From NCBI GenBank assembly GCA_051362555.1, contig CM120645.1:10478001-10542000 (forward strand): a DNA stretch of 64,000 nucleotides, written 5' to 3'. Both the position numbers and the translations under genes were made by a program. The DNA is from Lingula anatina (Eukaryota; Animalia; Brachiopoda). Shown here in pieces: positions 63,213 to 64,000 of this stretch (position 1 is the first letter of the stretch; each line of letters begins with the position of its first letter). Below the pieces are notes generated by a model, which was not told the DNA's origin, ran no database searches, and saw nothing but the letters and a program-made list of their open reading frames with translations.

Positions 63213-64000
63213 ATATTTACTTTTTTATAATTTTATATTCTTTTAGTCAATTTATGCTTCAACATTTCGGTCAATTAAAAAATCCAGATTCTTTTTTTCT
63301 GGAAGGGCTGGGGGGGGGGGGGGGGGTCAAGTCTTCACCCAGTGGTGTATAGCAATCTTTTTTAAACTCAACGGTTTGGTGGCCTCTATCCGTTTAACCA
63401 GTTTTATTTGTGGAAACTTCGTAGTTAAGCTTGCTACATTCAGGTACGTCTTATACAATTATTTTATTAAATACCTATAACGCAGAAATGACATTTTCTT
63501 TGAAGAAATCAGCTTTATTATAAACAATATGTTTTAATCACAGTACAAATAAGTAGAGGAATGACGCTGAATTGTTGGCGTAGTGGAGATTAACATTTTA
63601 CTAAATCAGACATCAAACAATGTTTCGATTATGTCATCGGAATATCGTTTCTTTAAACAAACATACACAACATACATAGAAAACAAATAAAACAGAAATG
63701 GCATGTTACACAAATACACGTACGAGTAGCTATGGGCGTTTTCAAGGCTACTTTGAAAATAACATCTACAGTACGTATTTCTTCAGCAGAATTTTTAATA
63801 AATGAGACAATCGTAATGCTGTAATAAAAGTGATGGCAGGAATTAAAAATACGTCATGTCTATCATTTTGTGAGCAACAAGAAGGCAATATAAAAGTGAG
63901 ATCAAATACGTAAATAGTGTCTCTGTTGGCACTGATAATTACAAATTTTCTCTATAAGTTTTTTTTCTAAATGCCATACAACATACGGCATTTACAGGAG

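Overview
AT-rich, repeat-dense animal genomic DNA with GT-AG introns, microsatellites and many MITEs. It looks like an invertebrate, probably a lophotrochozoan or mollusc (inference). Four host genes can be reconstructed by hand. (1) The first coding exon of a histamine H1-like aminergic GPCR (minus strand, 20676-20846); its next exon was not found, so most of 1-20.6 kb is probably intron. (2) An intronless 319-aa glutathione S-transferase-fold CDS of the bacterial-like 'SHxCEK' type (minus, 44522-45481). (3) A 3-exon, 220-aa single-pass protein built like vertebrate transmembrane adaptors such as LAT/PAG (plus, 51214-52967): tiny ectodomain, TM, juxtamembrane CxxxC, and an 11-tyrosine tail with YxN and YEDV motifs. 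(4) Convergent to it, a 5-exon, 325-aa protein with a signal peptide, CUB-like domain, a TM containing a Glu, and three PPxY motifs (minus, 55471-59032). Mobile DNA includes a 1.66-kb fold-back palindrome made of two inverted 3' halves of a Tc1 (DD34E) transposon flanked by TA, a decayed SAP/SWIM-encoding transposon remnant, a nested TIR element, and several hAT-, Harbinger- and Academ-like MITE families. All calls come from manual reading; no searches were run.
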